From: Bispira polyomma
Taxonomy: Eukaryota
NCBI GenBank assembly: GCA_965649765.1
Contig: OZ287758.1
Span: 41,912,001-41,976,000, forward strand
Direction: 5' to 3'
DNA length: 64,000 bases
Position numbers and translations under genes: made by a program
The notes under the pieces: model-generated
What the model saw: the letters and a program-made list of their open reading frames with translations, nothing else
The model's database searches: none
What the model was told of the DNA's origin: nothing
In this document: positions 1 to 15,000 of the stretch, piece by piece
Layout of the letters: the number at the start of each line of letters is the position of its first letter
How positions within the stretch are numbered: position 1 is the stretch's first letter

Positions 1-54
1 AACAAGTGATGATGCACCAATAATCATCGACGGTAAGACAGGATAATTTCTCGT
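1..54 (-). CDS. SLC22 copy A exon 12 (partial)
   Basis: TTTCAG acceptor, then TRNYPVLPSMIIGASSLV; paralog of 32314-32144. Confidence 0.9.
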
Positions 55-3000
55 CTGAAATGGTGAAATATAATAACAAATATTAATCTTAGTTGGTATG
101 AAAAATAACTTTCAATAAATAATCTAACTTGGCGTATAACGATCTATGTCTGCAAGAACAGTAAATTCTGAAAATATAATTTTTCCCAAACTAAAACCTT
201 AGTTCGCAAAGCTGGTGTATGAGAGTGATAATGAAGTCTTTGATGCCAATTATTCCTTCTGGATACTCTGTGGGTTTTATTCTCTTTTTTGAAAAGAACA
301 AAAATTAATATGACATTAAAGTACAAAGAGTATCTATTGTTCATATGATATGACTTTTAGTGTGCCTAATTGATGCCAGGCATCTTTTAAAGTGCAACTT
401 TATTGACAAAGTTGGTAAAATCATAGTTTGTTTATTCGAGCCTCTTTTATCTAAATATTCAGTTTTATGCACTCTTTACTCTGATAAAAATGTACGTCTT
501 CATATTGCTATCCCAAAAGCCTGGAGTGGGGATAAACAAGATGGCCGCCAAGGTTGAAAAATAGTTTGTAGTCATTTATGTCCGATCTACTTGAGCTACA
601 ACCCCAAAGATAAACTTTAAAGTTAAAATTTAAAGTCAAAATCAATAAATTTAAACTCTTACAATGTTAAGGGCATGTCTATTTATATGCTAAATATAAA
701 AGCGCTGCACTAGCAGCAAGTTTGTTGTTGACGGATTGACGGATGGACAGACTGAAAACAATGCTCCCTCCTGATGCACAAGAACATAAAAATCTACTTA
801 ACGGGATAACATATTACCTAGTTATGTAAGTTGGTACCCCTGCAGTAAAATCTACTGCAATAATATAAGCCAATTACCAGCACACGGAACAGAGGAGCAG
901 TGAAATGTGCCGCTCTAGCAAACATAAATGACGTGCCCAGTCCAACACTACGCATGTTGGTAGGGTAGAGTTCCGGAGTGTGGGCACAGACCCCAGCAAA
1001 AGAACAGGTAAAGCCCATCTTGCCCAAAACACTGAGTGTGACGATAAGCCAGGTATAGCCGCTACTCCAGTCTAGAATACAAAAAAAAAACCAGTGTTGC
1101 AGAGGTGATATTTACACAAGAGATCAAATTTGGATCAGCTGGGGTTGGTATTCACAAAACATGGTTTCTTGGGATCAAATAATGGATTAACTTTGATCCA
1201 GCCAACTTGGTGGATTACCTTTTAATCTGCATAGATTATATATAACTGACAGGAGTTGTTAGAGAGAAGAAGAAGAATACAAAAAACAGATCAAATATTT
1301 TATAGTTTCAGATGAAGTGATTCCTTGCTTTGTGAATATCGATTTGCTACAAGGATCACTTGAAATTTTTTTCTCAAATTTGATCTGGTCTTGATCCTTG
1401 TTTGTGAATAGCGTCCCTGGGCAACAGTGCCATATGACCATGTGGTTTACAATGGTGGATGGTACTTAATTGATTTTACAAATACTTTATGAAATTAAGG
1501 AGAACCTGATGTTCCTGTATCACGTCCTGTATACCCCTGATCTAAACTGGTAGTCATGGCTATGAAATATGATAAAAAGGGGATTGAATAAATAATATAA
1601 TGTCATAAAGATGAAATAGGACAATGTGCATAGATTATAAATCAGGTTATGGATTGTTATATGGCATACTACTAGTACCACTTTTATAGCGACTCTAAAT
1701 AATTAAATAACAGGGTCTCCCGCGGCCCAGTCGTTGGGAAATAGGTCTAGTGGTCAGAAGGTCTTAAGTTCAAGTCTCAATAGGATAAGTTGGTCTGGTG
1801 ATTGGAAGGCATTGGGAGCATAACACCTGATGTGAACATGCCATTGCCTACTGGTAAGAGGTTACGCTATGTTATAGAACACGTGATCGGTCATTTGCTT
1901 TGGTTGTTGCACTTTAGAAGATGCGTTGCATCAATAAACCTTGGTTAATTTATAGATAAATAATAATAATACTAAATATTTATTCATTTGATATAGCATT
2001 AATACAATACAATTACCTCTACTTTGTTTTAAATAGTGCGGATGTATAGATTAGGACGTACAAACTTGGGAATATACGAGAGATAAGTTTACTATTCTAT
2101 TACGTATCTCTCTGGGACAATGCAGAATTGCCTCACTGACCATATATTCTGATAACTGTTCCCATCAATGCTACTCCTGCAGCGATGTAGTAGATACACA
2201 GGGACAGTCTACGACCAATACTGTAACATATTATATGTAAACATCTGAACATGTTGTGGGGGCAAGATTCTGTTGGAATAATAGAAGGTTCATAAGTATA
2301 TGTTGGGATACATGTTAGCAAGGACCTTGTATAAATGTGTCTTCTAATCAATTGGTGCTTTGTAATGACAAAAATAAGTGTACAGAAATAAACCAGAAGT
2401 GCAATTTTAAAAGGGAGGAGACATTTTAATATAAAAATAAAGGAAAATATAAATTTGGGAGAGTTAAAATGTGTCTGTCAAATTATTTATGTCGGCCATA
2501 AATAAATACCAAACGAATAGCGTACTTAATTATTTGATAAAGTTAAAAAAATATACTTGAAATATTTTCAGTGATTATGGCTCTGAGCTTGCAATGTTTA
2601 AGATGGCTCTGGAATTGTGCCTTGGAGACTGTGTTCAGTACATTAGACCCTATAAAAGCCATTTCATAACATTAGACTGATGTAATGATATGATGGGGGT
2701 AGTTAGACAAGTATAAAAAGCACCATGTAGAGCGGGCAACCCTATCTGTAACGTCTACTGAGTATAGCTTTCTTCATAAATCTTTTGCAAGCAGCCGTGC
2801 CAAATGGATATGGTCAAACCGCCCACCTCACCATGGCGAAATTTTCTTCCGCTCATTTCTGAGTTTTTCCATATCACTACAGTAAGTCTTCCTGTCCCAG
2901 TAATCGACTGTTTCTGTCTGCTTCTAATTATTTCTGACTCTTTCTGACTATTACCGTGTCTCGTTAGTGTCAGTAATTGGTTGTTACCGTCTGTAAAACT

Positions 3001-6000
3001 CACCTGGACAAGTTTCAGTGGGTATATTTTTTTAAGATGAAACAGTCGATCTAAAAGATAACCTAAAGACTTTCTGGTACCACCTACTACCCGCCAATGT
3101 GTGAATCATACATTTATATGAATCGGGTATCATTATAGTGAATAATCTTTGAATCGTATTATAATTAATGTGTTTACTATACTAATAGGTTATTACTAAA
3201 GCTCAACTCACTAATGGAACATGATCCACAATATGATGTATGCTGGAACTTCTATGATGGAGTAGAGCAGTGCATTGACGTATCTGTTTCCCGGTAGATA
3301 GGTCACTGTCAAGGCAATAGCATGGTAACCAAGGGCGACAACAAACCTGCCGTCAAAAAGACACAATGAATAATACATAATGTGTACTTTAAAATAGTAA
3401 AATAGAAGTAACTAGAAGGGCAAACAAAAAAAATCCTGGTTCTGCCCTTCTACCCAGATTTGCTCAACATTGTATTTATTTCTTTTAGAACCCATGCTCA
3501 ACACTCTACCAAATTTTGAAATCACCAACAGCATTGATCGAAACATAACTTGTTTGGCAAAGATCAAGGTATTGTAATTGAAACATAAAAATACATACAT
3601 ATAACATTATTATTAAAATGCTGAAAAGATTGAAGCCCAATATCTAAGGATCTTAAGAATGGTTAACAATGTAATGAAACTATCACAGTATGTTTGAATT
3701 CGTAGTTGGCTAATGCATGGTAGGACCAACTTTAAATTCACCCCTAAAATAGCAGACACCATTTCTTTCTCCCAGGACCTATGCCTGTTGGCAAGCAGTC
3801 GACACTTAAATATTATTCTATTTTCCTTTAGTACCTTGCAATAGGAAATTCTTAGTATAGCAGATTTCCTTCAGTTGCTAGCAACAGTTTTCTGTTTGGG
3901 GCCGAAAGGGTTAAAACAGAATTGCTTCCTATAGGAAACAGTACATTTATACTTTTGGCATATTTTCATAAGGAATCAAATTGAAGTCTCTCATGATGTT
4001 ACCAATTTACAGGATATGACATCAACATAGACTAAATGGCCTGGGGCCAGAAGTGTTGACTTTGTAAACAAAATATTTTACTTTGCTCTGCTGTAAACTT
4101 ATGAAGAGGCTTGCCACTGTTGAGATTTGATCCTAGGTTGTCATGGATCTTGAGAAATAGGGGGTACCCCTGAATCCTGAGTGTTTAATGTGCTGATATA
4201 TATGGATATTACATCCCTTTCCCCCACTAAAATCTGTGCCAAAGTCTTATACAACTACATATACTACATTAACGTTACTACTCGCTTAGCTTAAGGGCAA
4301 GTTAATAAAAAAATCAGCTAAAAAAATACAAGGAAAAGCACTTTACCAAAATGGTGGAAAGCATGTTGATCAAAGACGTAATTTTTTAAGCAAATTTTAC
4401 ACAAATAATATAAATATAAGTATTACAAGACACTATTTTGTTATTATTATCATTTTGTAATATTTTAGCAAAACTTGGTGGCAAAACCCCAAAACCCTAT
4501 TTTTAAAATTTTGCGATGGAGTTAGTGACGTCACATTTGTACCAGCAGAGTGCATTCTAGGCAAGAAATACAAACCAGTTGAACCATTGGATGATAGAAT
4601 ACATCAGAATGGTTCTTGATCTAAACAGGTCCTTGATAGTGTATTTAGGTGCATCGTCTTTGGTTGTAGACTCCTCTTTAGTAGTTGTACTTTGAAGTTT
4701 CCCCAATAACCTGATATTATTTATAATACAATAATATAACTTGTACTTATGGCTTACAGTAAAATATTGTAGGAGGATGGGGCCCACAGTGGTTAGAAGC
4801 ATTTGTTTCATAACCATTTGCCCTTTAATAATGATGGTTCAAATCCTGGTTCTACCTTTATGTGGGAAAGTTTGTGAGGTACTTAGCATAACCGGTGGTT
4901 TACAGTGCTGAAGCACTGGTTTGATATGATCTAAGGTATACAAAGTGACAAAAAATTTAAAATTCATTTCTAAAACATTTGACAGGTCATTATGACTGGT
5001 CATTTTCTGCAGATACCATATGCACTATAGCTCAGATAACCACTGAAAATGGTGACTCTGTCCTAATGAGCAGGCTGGAGAATAATTCGGGCAATAGAAA
5101 AAAGTCACCTTCAAGCCTTTCTTTTCAAGTAAGGGAATGACATTTTCTGGTTAGTTGCACAGTCAAGAGAAGGTCAAATACCTCTTTGAATATCAAATAA
5201 AGGTAGCAAACTGTGCCAGGAATAAATTTAAATACAACACTGACATTGGAATACACATACAAGATTTAAATTCCATGTAAGGGGAGATACAAAGTGGCTC
5301 AGATGATCACTTTGAATTGTAAGTTTCTAATATATGGTGCGATCCCCAGTGCTTGGCCAAAAAAAAAGAAAAAAGTTTGGGATATGTTAAAACAATTTAA
5401 ATGATACTTTCGTAATTGTCTTGCAGTTAAATAAATATTTTTGCCCTTTAAAATTGATTTATTATCCTGAATGTTTTTTCTGGTCCTTCAACACAAAGCT
5501 TAGCTACCGGTCTTTTCAATATACAGTAAAACATCTATTATCTAAACTTCTGTTAAATTTCAGACAGTAAAAATTTAACAATAAAATTGAATATTTTGAT
5601 GACAGAAGTTCGTACTATTGTCCTATAAAGAAAGGCTGCTTCTAGTTTATGATCAAAATTTTAGCCTCTTAACATGTTCGGATAAGAGAGGTTCTGCAAT
5701 CAATATTTCACATGGACATTTATAAAATAAAGTATTCACAAACTTTCTAAAAGCCTTTGTGCTTTCTTTGTTTTTTGAATTTTCATTATCCTGATCCTCA
5801 TCAGTGTATTGCTTATTTTGGGCCTGAAGTGTCTTCAGTTCTTCTTGGTCTGCAGTAAATATATGTTCTGGGTAAGCTATCTTGTTCACCTTGGCCGCTT
5901 CGGTTAGAATAGTTTCAGCCTTTTGGTACTTTTTGTTGGCCACTAACCATGGTACAGATTCTGTCAGGAACCTATGAAAGTAAGTGATTACATAATGGCA

Positions 6001-9000
6001 TCATTTATCTTTTATATTTTTGTATGTTATTGCAGTGTTGAAAAACTTTTTCTACATGTTTGTTTATATCATCCAGAATATTTTTCTACATCCAGAATTT
6101 CTCTCACACATGTAAACAACAACCCAAATTTAAGAGACGGAAACTATCCTTTAATCCCAAGTCAATAGAGAAAGATTGTCCTCGCCTCTAAATATGAGAT
6201 ATGACTTAACAGCACTCTTTACATTTAAAAGTAAAAGCTTATTGGGTAACTGAGTTGCTGCTGAGGTCCTACCATCTTTGGTTGCCTTTACATAAGGCAA
6301 CCCCAGTCCAGGGTAGATTCTATGTATACTTGTAAAATGTGTAAATGTTGTGTAGATCAGGAATCTAAAGTAAACCAGATCTGGTGACACTCATGATGAG
6401 GGTGTATTATTAGCCAGATTTGAGAGTACAAATTGTAATTAGACTACCTAGTGCTTACAGTCCTCTTCGTAAAGGGGAGATTAAGGCACAACAAGGGGGC
6501 CGCGGTGGCCTAGTGGTTAGCAAGCATTGCGCTTCACAATCACTGGTCTCTCACCTCTGGGCGGCGTGAGTTCGAATCCTGTCGATGCCTATGTGGGAAA
6601 GGTGGTAGTTCCTTACTGTGGGCCGCTGGTTTCAGTGCAGAACCTTGACCGACTGTATGCAGTGTTTGCTCCAGCGTTTCCAACTACCCGTCCCAATATA
6701 ACCTACTAAAAGGTATTAGAGTGGACGTTAAATATCCAAATTCAAATTCAAATTAAGGCGCAACAACACCAAGACAGTGATCTAATTTTAATATCCAGGG
6801 ACAGAAAAAAGGTCAAGCACCACAGAGAACGCCAGGTGATGAATAAGACTAAGGTGGGTATGCCTTGGTGTACAGGTGGGTTTTGAGCTGCTTTCAAAAA
6901 GAGGCTAGAGAGGGGGATACACGAATAACACCATGAAGAGCATTCCAAACAGTGGGGGCATCAAAAGCAAAGCTGTAACCAAACTGTTAAACTGACTTTG
7001 GAGTAGATGGGTGGAACAAAATTACCACCAATCTGACTGCGCCTTTTAATGTAAGAACTACTGTGAGAGGAACGAAATGGGCAAAATACTTGAGAAAACC
7101 AGTGTGAAGAAACTTATAAACAAGTGTGACTGTTTTAAACACGGAGCCCTGTTCAACAGGAAGCCAATGCAATTTCTTAAGAACAGGAGTTATACTGGTG
7201 TATCGACTAGTGTATGACACTAGTGTAATTTGCGTAGATTAAACATGGAGAGACTCCTGAAAAGTGAATAACAGTAATTCAACCGACAAAAGCATTGGCC
7301 ACATGTATAGAAGCATCATGAGTAAGAAACCGCCTGACACCTCTGAAGTCCTGGAGTTGCACAAAAGTAAACAAAGTAAGCTTATTCTAAAAATAAACTT
7401 CTCATTTTGAAGTTCCTATGTTAAAACCTTTTTGTAAATATCAAGACTGCCTATATTGATGATTTATATAAGTTGAACAATTTAAAGTAATTTTTCATAA
7501 AATTTTCTGCATGACGTTTCTTTCAAGTGGTCCAACCGCGCACATTCGAAATGCTTATTCACTTTATTTTGGACTAATAAATCCATTCCATCTGGTATAT
7601 GGTAACCTGAATACACAGTAATATTTCTAATAAATAATGTTGTTGGGTAACAACTAATTTCAATATATTGTAATTAGTTATAGATCATGGATTCGCATGA
7701 CCTAGTGGTAAAATAGTTGGTTTGGTGACCAGAAGGTCCCGGGTTCGACCACTAGTTGGGGAGTTGGTCTTGTGGGAAAGTCACGGGTAAATATAAGATG
7801 ATACTAGTTGATCCAACACACTTAACACAAGTAAATTATTCTTATAACTATTATAGAAATAAGAAAAACACATGGCCTTCTGTGGCCTAGTAGCTACAGA
7901 CTTGGCCTGGACATTAGAAAGTCTCAACCCCCGATAATTACCATGATGGTTTTTGGAGGATAACATCCTTGGGCGATATGTGAACACTCTATTGCCTACT
8001 TATAATGATCAATGATATGTTGTTGGAATATCCCGGCCCTCTGTATCTGAACATCAAATGTGGAGCTGTGATAACTGAAAAATAAGCATCTTAAAGGTTC
8101 AACGTTTTGTAAATTCTGTAAAACGTAACATTAACCCGTTCAATCCCTAGGTTATCGGCTAGCAGGATTTCTTACTTCCAGAAATGATGTCTGTCGACAA
8201 GTAATCGAAACCCCTAGAACACGCTTTTCTTTTTCATCAGTTCCTTGTAATAATATATTCTTAGTACAACAGAATGATATGTGAGGCCGTTATTGAATGC
8301 AGGAAGTATTTTGAGGGGTAAGTTTTAGTAAATCAAGCTATATGTAACCCATTACAACAACAAAATTTGTTTTCAGTTCCCGGCAATAGTTTTCTTGAAA
8401 AGGTTGAATATTAGTAAATCAACAACAACATGGCAGAGTTTACCAACCAGTAAAACACCACAGTCAATGCAAGAGGAGCAGTGATGGCTATTTGTAGGTG
8501 TCTCCAGTTCCTTATCAGGTAAGCAAGGGGAATAAGGGAAACATAGCCAAATGCCCAAAAGAACTCTACTGCAACCCCAGCCAAGGTTCTCTGTTCTGTA
8601 GGAAACAGTTCTAGGCCCAGAATGAAAGCTGTCGAAACCATTCCCTGTGTGTAAGATATATAAATATATACATAAATATACAGAGTTTAATATATTACTC
8701 TAAAAGATAATTATAAAGGGTTTGTACAAAAATGTCTATAGATGTTATTGCTATAGATGTACCACCATATGCTGCAAGAGCATAAATTATCTTAAGATTA
8801 TTATTTTGAATGACACTTGCTTTGTTAATCCAATAACCATAAATGTTCATATGAGGAAAGAGACATGACATATAATAATTAACATTAGAGATTTTTGGTA
8901 AAATTATTAATGTAATTAATGTAATATTAATGTAATAAAATTCGAATATTTTTTATAATATTGGAATAAAAATAAGATGCTTAAATCTGTGTTCTATGTG

Positions 9001-12000
9001 TATTTTAAATAATCTTCTGGGCTATGAATTAATGTTGTCAGTCCTTCAGGCTTCAGGGTACTAATTCCACGCCATTTGTTATTTCTGGTGGCGTATTGGT
9101 TAGAGAGTTCTCAGTCCCAGTTCGACTCTAATGCAGCTAGGTTCAATGGTCGCATGACATCCTTGGGCAAGATATGAAGACACCTCTACCTACTGACGAT
9201 TACCCATGCTATGTTGTTAGGATCATCAACTTCAAAAGAATGAGTGCCTTGGAGGATGACATTTTTATTGCAGCATATTGCTCTGTTGATATAATGGTTA
9301 ACAAGGAAAAATACCCAAAACATTTTGTTACCTACCCCTAGCAGAGGGCCATTGGTCTTAGATGCATTACAAAGCACTCGGGTGTATTATAATCCCTACA
9401 TGTAATTGTATCCACATTTTTGTCACATTTAGTCAATTTTAGTGAAACTCACCTGTTGCTGGATACCATCAATAAAGCCCAATATAGTGTACATCCACAG
9501 GTTGACTGAGAATGCCTGGACAAAGGCAATCACCACGTTACTCCACATACAGGCCAGAAAGATGACCTTACGGCCATACGCATCACTATCAGGAGAGCGT
9601 GAAACAGAGGACACATCACGGTAATGTTATTGAGATATATACATATACATTTAGGTGAGAAGTAATTATTTCAGAACATTAACTAACCAAATAATAGGGG
9701 TTTAAACAAGCAGGCCAGAAAGATGATGTTGATGTTTGCCTAGTGGCGGGAATGACCACTAAAAATGGAGGTCCTCTGTCACTGGGTGCCCTATCCCCAG
9801 TGACTGGCTTAAGATCCCTGGATGCGTTGATAAATGGTCATTCTATCTTCAGTTAGGGAAATTACACATAAGTTGCACATAATTTATGTGTTCCCCTGTG
9901 GTCTAATGGTTAGAAGTTGATATGGTGATCAGAAGGTCTAGAGTTTGACTTCTTGTACAGCCTGCTAGTTTCTATATAGTGTGATAACATCCTTAGGCAA
10001 GAGGTGAGCTAGAATGACCTTAAAGTCGTGGTCCTTTGTCACTTGAGTTCTATCTCTAGTACGAATTTAAAGAAATTTAAAATGGCCCTATGTTGTATGT
10101 TATGTTATATCATTTATTCATAGAAATTCAGAATATTTTTTTAATGTTACACCTTGTTAAGTTGTTATAGTTATACATTATGGTCTCTCATAGCCTAGTG
10201 GTTACACAGTTGATGCAGTGATCGGAAGGCTTCTGGTTCAACTCCAAAAAAGGGAAATTGACGTAACAGAGTTTTAATTTTTAAAGGGCTTTGATGGCAT
10301 TGAATATTACCAGTCTATGTTTAATTTATTTATTTCTTCACTATGGCATTAACCAGTCATACTTTACCTAAGCTGTGGAAATACAAATGCCCCTAAGACT
10401 CCACCCACTTGGTTGATCGTCATTGATAACTCTACCAGCCAGTTCTTACCACAGACCAGGCTAAACTGATGTTCACCAAATAATAAATACAAATGCAAAC
10501 AAATGTATAGGTTTATAGGTTGATATACACCGTAGTAAGGTCTCATATGACTTGACATTTTACACCACCCATCTGGGTTCTTTCACTTGTCAACCAAGTG
10601 TTCAATTATTGCTCCCTCAGGAAGCATACTAGCTATGCTGACACATACGGCACAAAAACTAACACCCATTAGAGGCCAAGTCTCCATTTATAAACCTGGG
10701 TTGAAAGGAAAACTTTGGTTGAAGTACCTTGTCCAAGGGTACAATTTCCAAACCTGCAGCAAGCGAGGAAACAAAAGGTAGTATTATATAGTTTGAATGT
10801 AGTTGGTGCTTCCAACACCTTAGGTCATATCAAACTGGCCAGATTTAATGGTGGAAAGAAAACGTTGCTGAATCAGTGTAAAACCACCGACTTACAGCAA
10901 TTACTTGACAAACTTTTACACTGAAGAAATGAGATATGAACCCACATTAAGAAGAGAGCAGTGATCAAAAGCAGTTAGGATAATAGAGGTTCCTATGTAC
11001 CCATACAGGGGGGGACAGCAATTCACTCGAAATTCACGGGAATTTAACAAATATGAGCAAAAGGAAATAATGTTGAGGCAATTCACTGGTAATTTGTGTA
11101 GATCATTCCATTGCATATAAATCTGACTCGTATCCAGATACATTAAGATACTTCTGATGAATTTTAACCACAAGTTAGAAACTAAAGTCACTGGTTTAAT
11201 ATAGATTTGAAGTGGACAGCATTTCGCCATTTTCAAACAATAGTAAATATTTAGATTAAAATATTAATGATAGCTTTTATTAACAATAATAATTATATTA
11301 TAAAATAGTTAATGCACACAATACATCATATGAAAAACAGAAAAGAAACCCCAATACAGCCCGATAGCCAATCATTGGTACTGTCTAATCATCTACCTCA
11401 AATGTTGTGCAGTACCACTGTTTATTTAGCTGTATTGGTATTTTAAATTCATTTAAAATTTATTTAAGCAGACAGTATTCTATATATTAGAGGGGGAGGC
11501 ATGTGTATGTTATATGAATATTATAATGCGAAAATAATTCTTTTAAAATGAATATTATACAGTGATTATGTGTAATAACTATATTAATGGCGAAATGCTG
11601 TCCACCGCGAATTACTGTCCCCCCAGTATATCAAAGGTCACATTTTAAACTGGTCACCTACACACTTTACGTATCTACAGTAGGTTATTGTCTTAACAAC
11701 TGACCACATTTTAAACTGGTAATCTAATCACATCTGACTATGTTTTTATCCTTATTACTGAATATGTCAAGTACCATTTATTGGTCTTTGAGTTATTTAC
11801 ATTATTAATTAAACTGGCAACGTAGTAACATAACAGAGACTGAAGTAGGTTTTTGTTCCAGTTCCCTTAGTGTGTGATGGTAAGTAAAGAATTTTAAGGT
11901 TTGGAGATTTATTTTCTGTACATGTTAGTATCTATGTACAGGTTTATGAGATATATTTAAAATTTTAAAATATGTGTAAAATTTTTAATAAGCCCAAACC

Positions 12001-15000
12001 CAAAGTCAAAATAAAGAGGGTATAATTTCTGCAAATGTGGAAGGAATTATTGAGGCAGCTTGGGAAGGTGCTTGTAGGTATGTCCATACAGCAGAGCTCC
12101 GCCACAGCCCGTGTGCCATGATGTTTTGAAGTGATATATTGTTGTTAAAAGCAAGGGTAGCTCCGGATCTACGTAACGTGTGAAAGCCATGTATGGTGTG
12201 ATTTATGCCTATGTGTTGTAATACTGTTCTCAAAGCTGCCCTAACGTGTGAATCCACTATGGGGTGGTATGGGGGAGATGCAGTTACAAAGACGGGGGAG
12301 TGATCTGAGATTTTCCTGGATTGTAGAAGGTTCTGTAGAGCCCGTACTGGGCAGAGGAGTGGTATTTTTATTTTTTGTAATTGGACCACATGCGACTTTG
12401 ACCAGTCCTGCATGTTTTTGGCCCACTTGATGATTATGTGAAGCCCAGGAGGGCCAAATATCAAATCTTGGCGCAGCAAGTGCCTTGAGGGGTCAAATTG
12501 CCTTCTGGTGTGAGGGGCAATGTTCGACATGCGCAGGAAGCCGTAGAAAGCTACCAGAAATATGGCCCTGTAGAGTATGGGATCGCTAAGTATTTCACAA
12601 TTTTCAGAAATTGACAGTAATTGTTTGACATCAAATACTCCTTTAGGGGCTGGTCTAAAAGAAGTGTGAGTGAGGCTACGTGTGAACAGAGCAATGGAGT
12701 TATGTTGGAGCACTGTATGATTGAGATTATATTTCAAACACATTTTGGAGATATGTTGTTCTGTGTCAGATATTCTAGAAACGCTAGTACGGAGTGGACG
12801 GTGATGTCCTGTATTTGGACATACTGTAGAAACGACAAGTATGTTCTGAATTGGCTGGAGTATGCTGCTGTGGTAGAAGGTCTGAGAGCAGCATGTATTC
12901 TGTCAATGGCTGCCCTCCCTAAGGTGTCAGATGATGATGTAGCACCTGAAATTATATGTTAAGGTTTAAATTAAAGTGACTAATTGGAACTGGTTTATGT
13001 TCATACTGATTAAGTAACTGCATCATACTACGTTTAGGAGGATTGTCCGAATAGATTCTGGACAAAGCATCCGCCAATATGTTCTTTTTACCCTTAATGT
13101 GTACTATTTCTAAAGTAATGTCGTGTGTTGAAGTAAGCAACCAAATGTTGCGAATACAAGCAGCTAATTATGGATCTCTAGTTTTGCCAGTCTGGACAAC
13201 CAAGACCATGGCCATGTTGTCACAATGGACTGTCACCCTTTGGTGAGCCCAATTTTCTCCCCAAACTTTCAAAGCCACTACAATATTGACCATCTCTAAT
13301 TGTGTAATATGAAGGTCATATTGGTAAACATTATAGATAGGTGTATAGTAAACTTGGTCATTCCAAATGCCCCCCAAACCTGTGAGGCATGCATCTAAAT
13401 ACATTTCCTTGTTTGCCTTAATTGGGAGAGGATTTATATATGTGACCCCGTTGTAATTAAAAAGAAAATTAATGAACCAGTCTAAATCACTTTTAATGTT
13501 ATTAGTAATTTTGAAGCGCTTGGCTCCAGGGGAAGCCCTAAAAACTGAAAGGAGACGATTAATAAAGCAACGGGCAGGTTTTACACATTTGTGTATGTAA
13601 AGCAATTTTGATTGAAAATTTGTACGAGATATCCAGGATTTTTTTCGTGTATCGACACATGTTTGAAATATTTCAGCAATTTTTTCTTTAGTTATACTGT
13701 TCCCTTAGTAATGTCAATGTCAATACCCAAGAATGTGACCTTAGTAGAGGGAGCACAAACCTTATCAGGATTCATTGGAAGACCTACGTAATTCAGTAAT
13801 TTGCAGAGGTGTTCAAAACCTTGTTTTGCCTGAGATTCCGGACATATGCAAGCATAGTCGTCGATGTAGCAATGAAGGTTATAACCCAGTGTTTTCATCC
13901 AATCTGCTATGATATCCGAACATCGCTGAAAGATAGCATGGGCCCAGCCGAACGCCACGGCAGCGTCAACGTAATACTGGTCGTTATGTTTGATACCCAG
14001 CTTTAAGGCATCCACCGGATCGACTCCTAAATTTCTGAACACGCGGGCCACGTCCACCTTAAATATAAGTGGGTTATCAGTGTCCCGAATACTTGCAGTT
14101 ATATTGTCAATACTAGGAAATTTTAGTGAGAATTCCGTGTCATCATAAATTCCCCGACTAACATTGTCATTAACTGAATTACCTACCAGATAAGAGAGGT
14201 TAAGAATGACTCGTCTCTTACTGCCATCTTTGGGCCTAGTAAGTAAGGGTGAGCAGTGGAAATGAGAATCTGGGATGTTGGCCACAGGACCCAACATGGC
14301 ACCCTTACTCTTTTCTTTATCCAGATATTCGTCAATAGCCTTAGGAAATTGCAAAACAGAGTGGTGGTTAGGTAACATCTTGTGAGTTAAGTTGTTAGGA
14401 GTCACTGAATGACAGTGGAAAGCCAAACTTTAAATATTGTGTAATTATTTTGTCAGGGTGGTTCTGGGTGATATCCTCCCAGGCCTTAATGTTCAACTGA
14501 GATTTAATGGGAATGCGTGCCTGCTTATAGTTGGACACCCCTGTACTTCTAATAATGTTTGCTATATCAGTCATTTTACTCATACTATCTATCTGAACCG
14601 AATCCCTGTCAGGTCCAGTAAAATTGAAGGTTTTTCTAGAAAGTTTAATAAAGCCTAGACTTTTGGAAGAGTCTGTAATGTCCTTAATGTCACTTAGTTT
14701 AGAAGAAGAACTGTGTCCCATGTCGGGGCTGAACAACCCGTCGACGTGATCCCCAGGCGTAGTGTGCGCTCGTTTGCTACTCACTGATATACATGATAAC
14801 AAGTTTGCACAGACATATTGACCTTTTGTTTATCAGTAACCATTAGCTGAAAGCCTGGTAAATTGGCTAAACGCTGATAGCTAACACTTGTGGTACTTTT
14901 TATCCCATAGCAGAAACCTGACAAGCTGTCGTGTTTTGGAAAGTGCAAGTATACCACCTGGTGGTGACGATTATCTTGTGGACACACAAATATACAGTTT

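Noticed and set aside
144-557. Short ORFs repeated at 32435-32620
   Set aside because: Paralogous intron 11 sequence; the frames are not conserved between copies.
6495-6585. tRNA gene (also at 24083, 28574, 56786)
   Set aside because: The A/B boxes run into a shared SINE body and tail, with TSDs at most copies; no clean cloverleaf.
12006-12743. Phage integrase or bacterial contamination
   Set aside because: The YR is linked to gag/RT/RNase H of a eukaryotic retrotransposon inside a spliceosomal intron.
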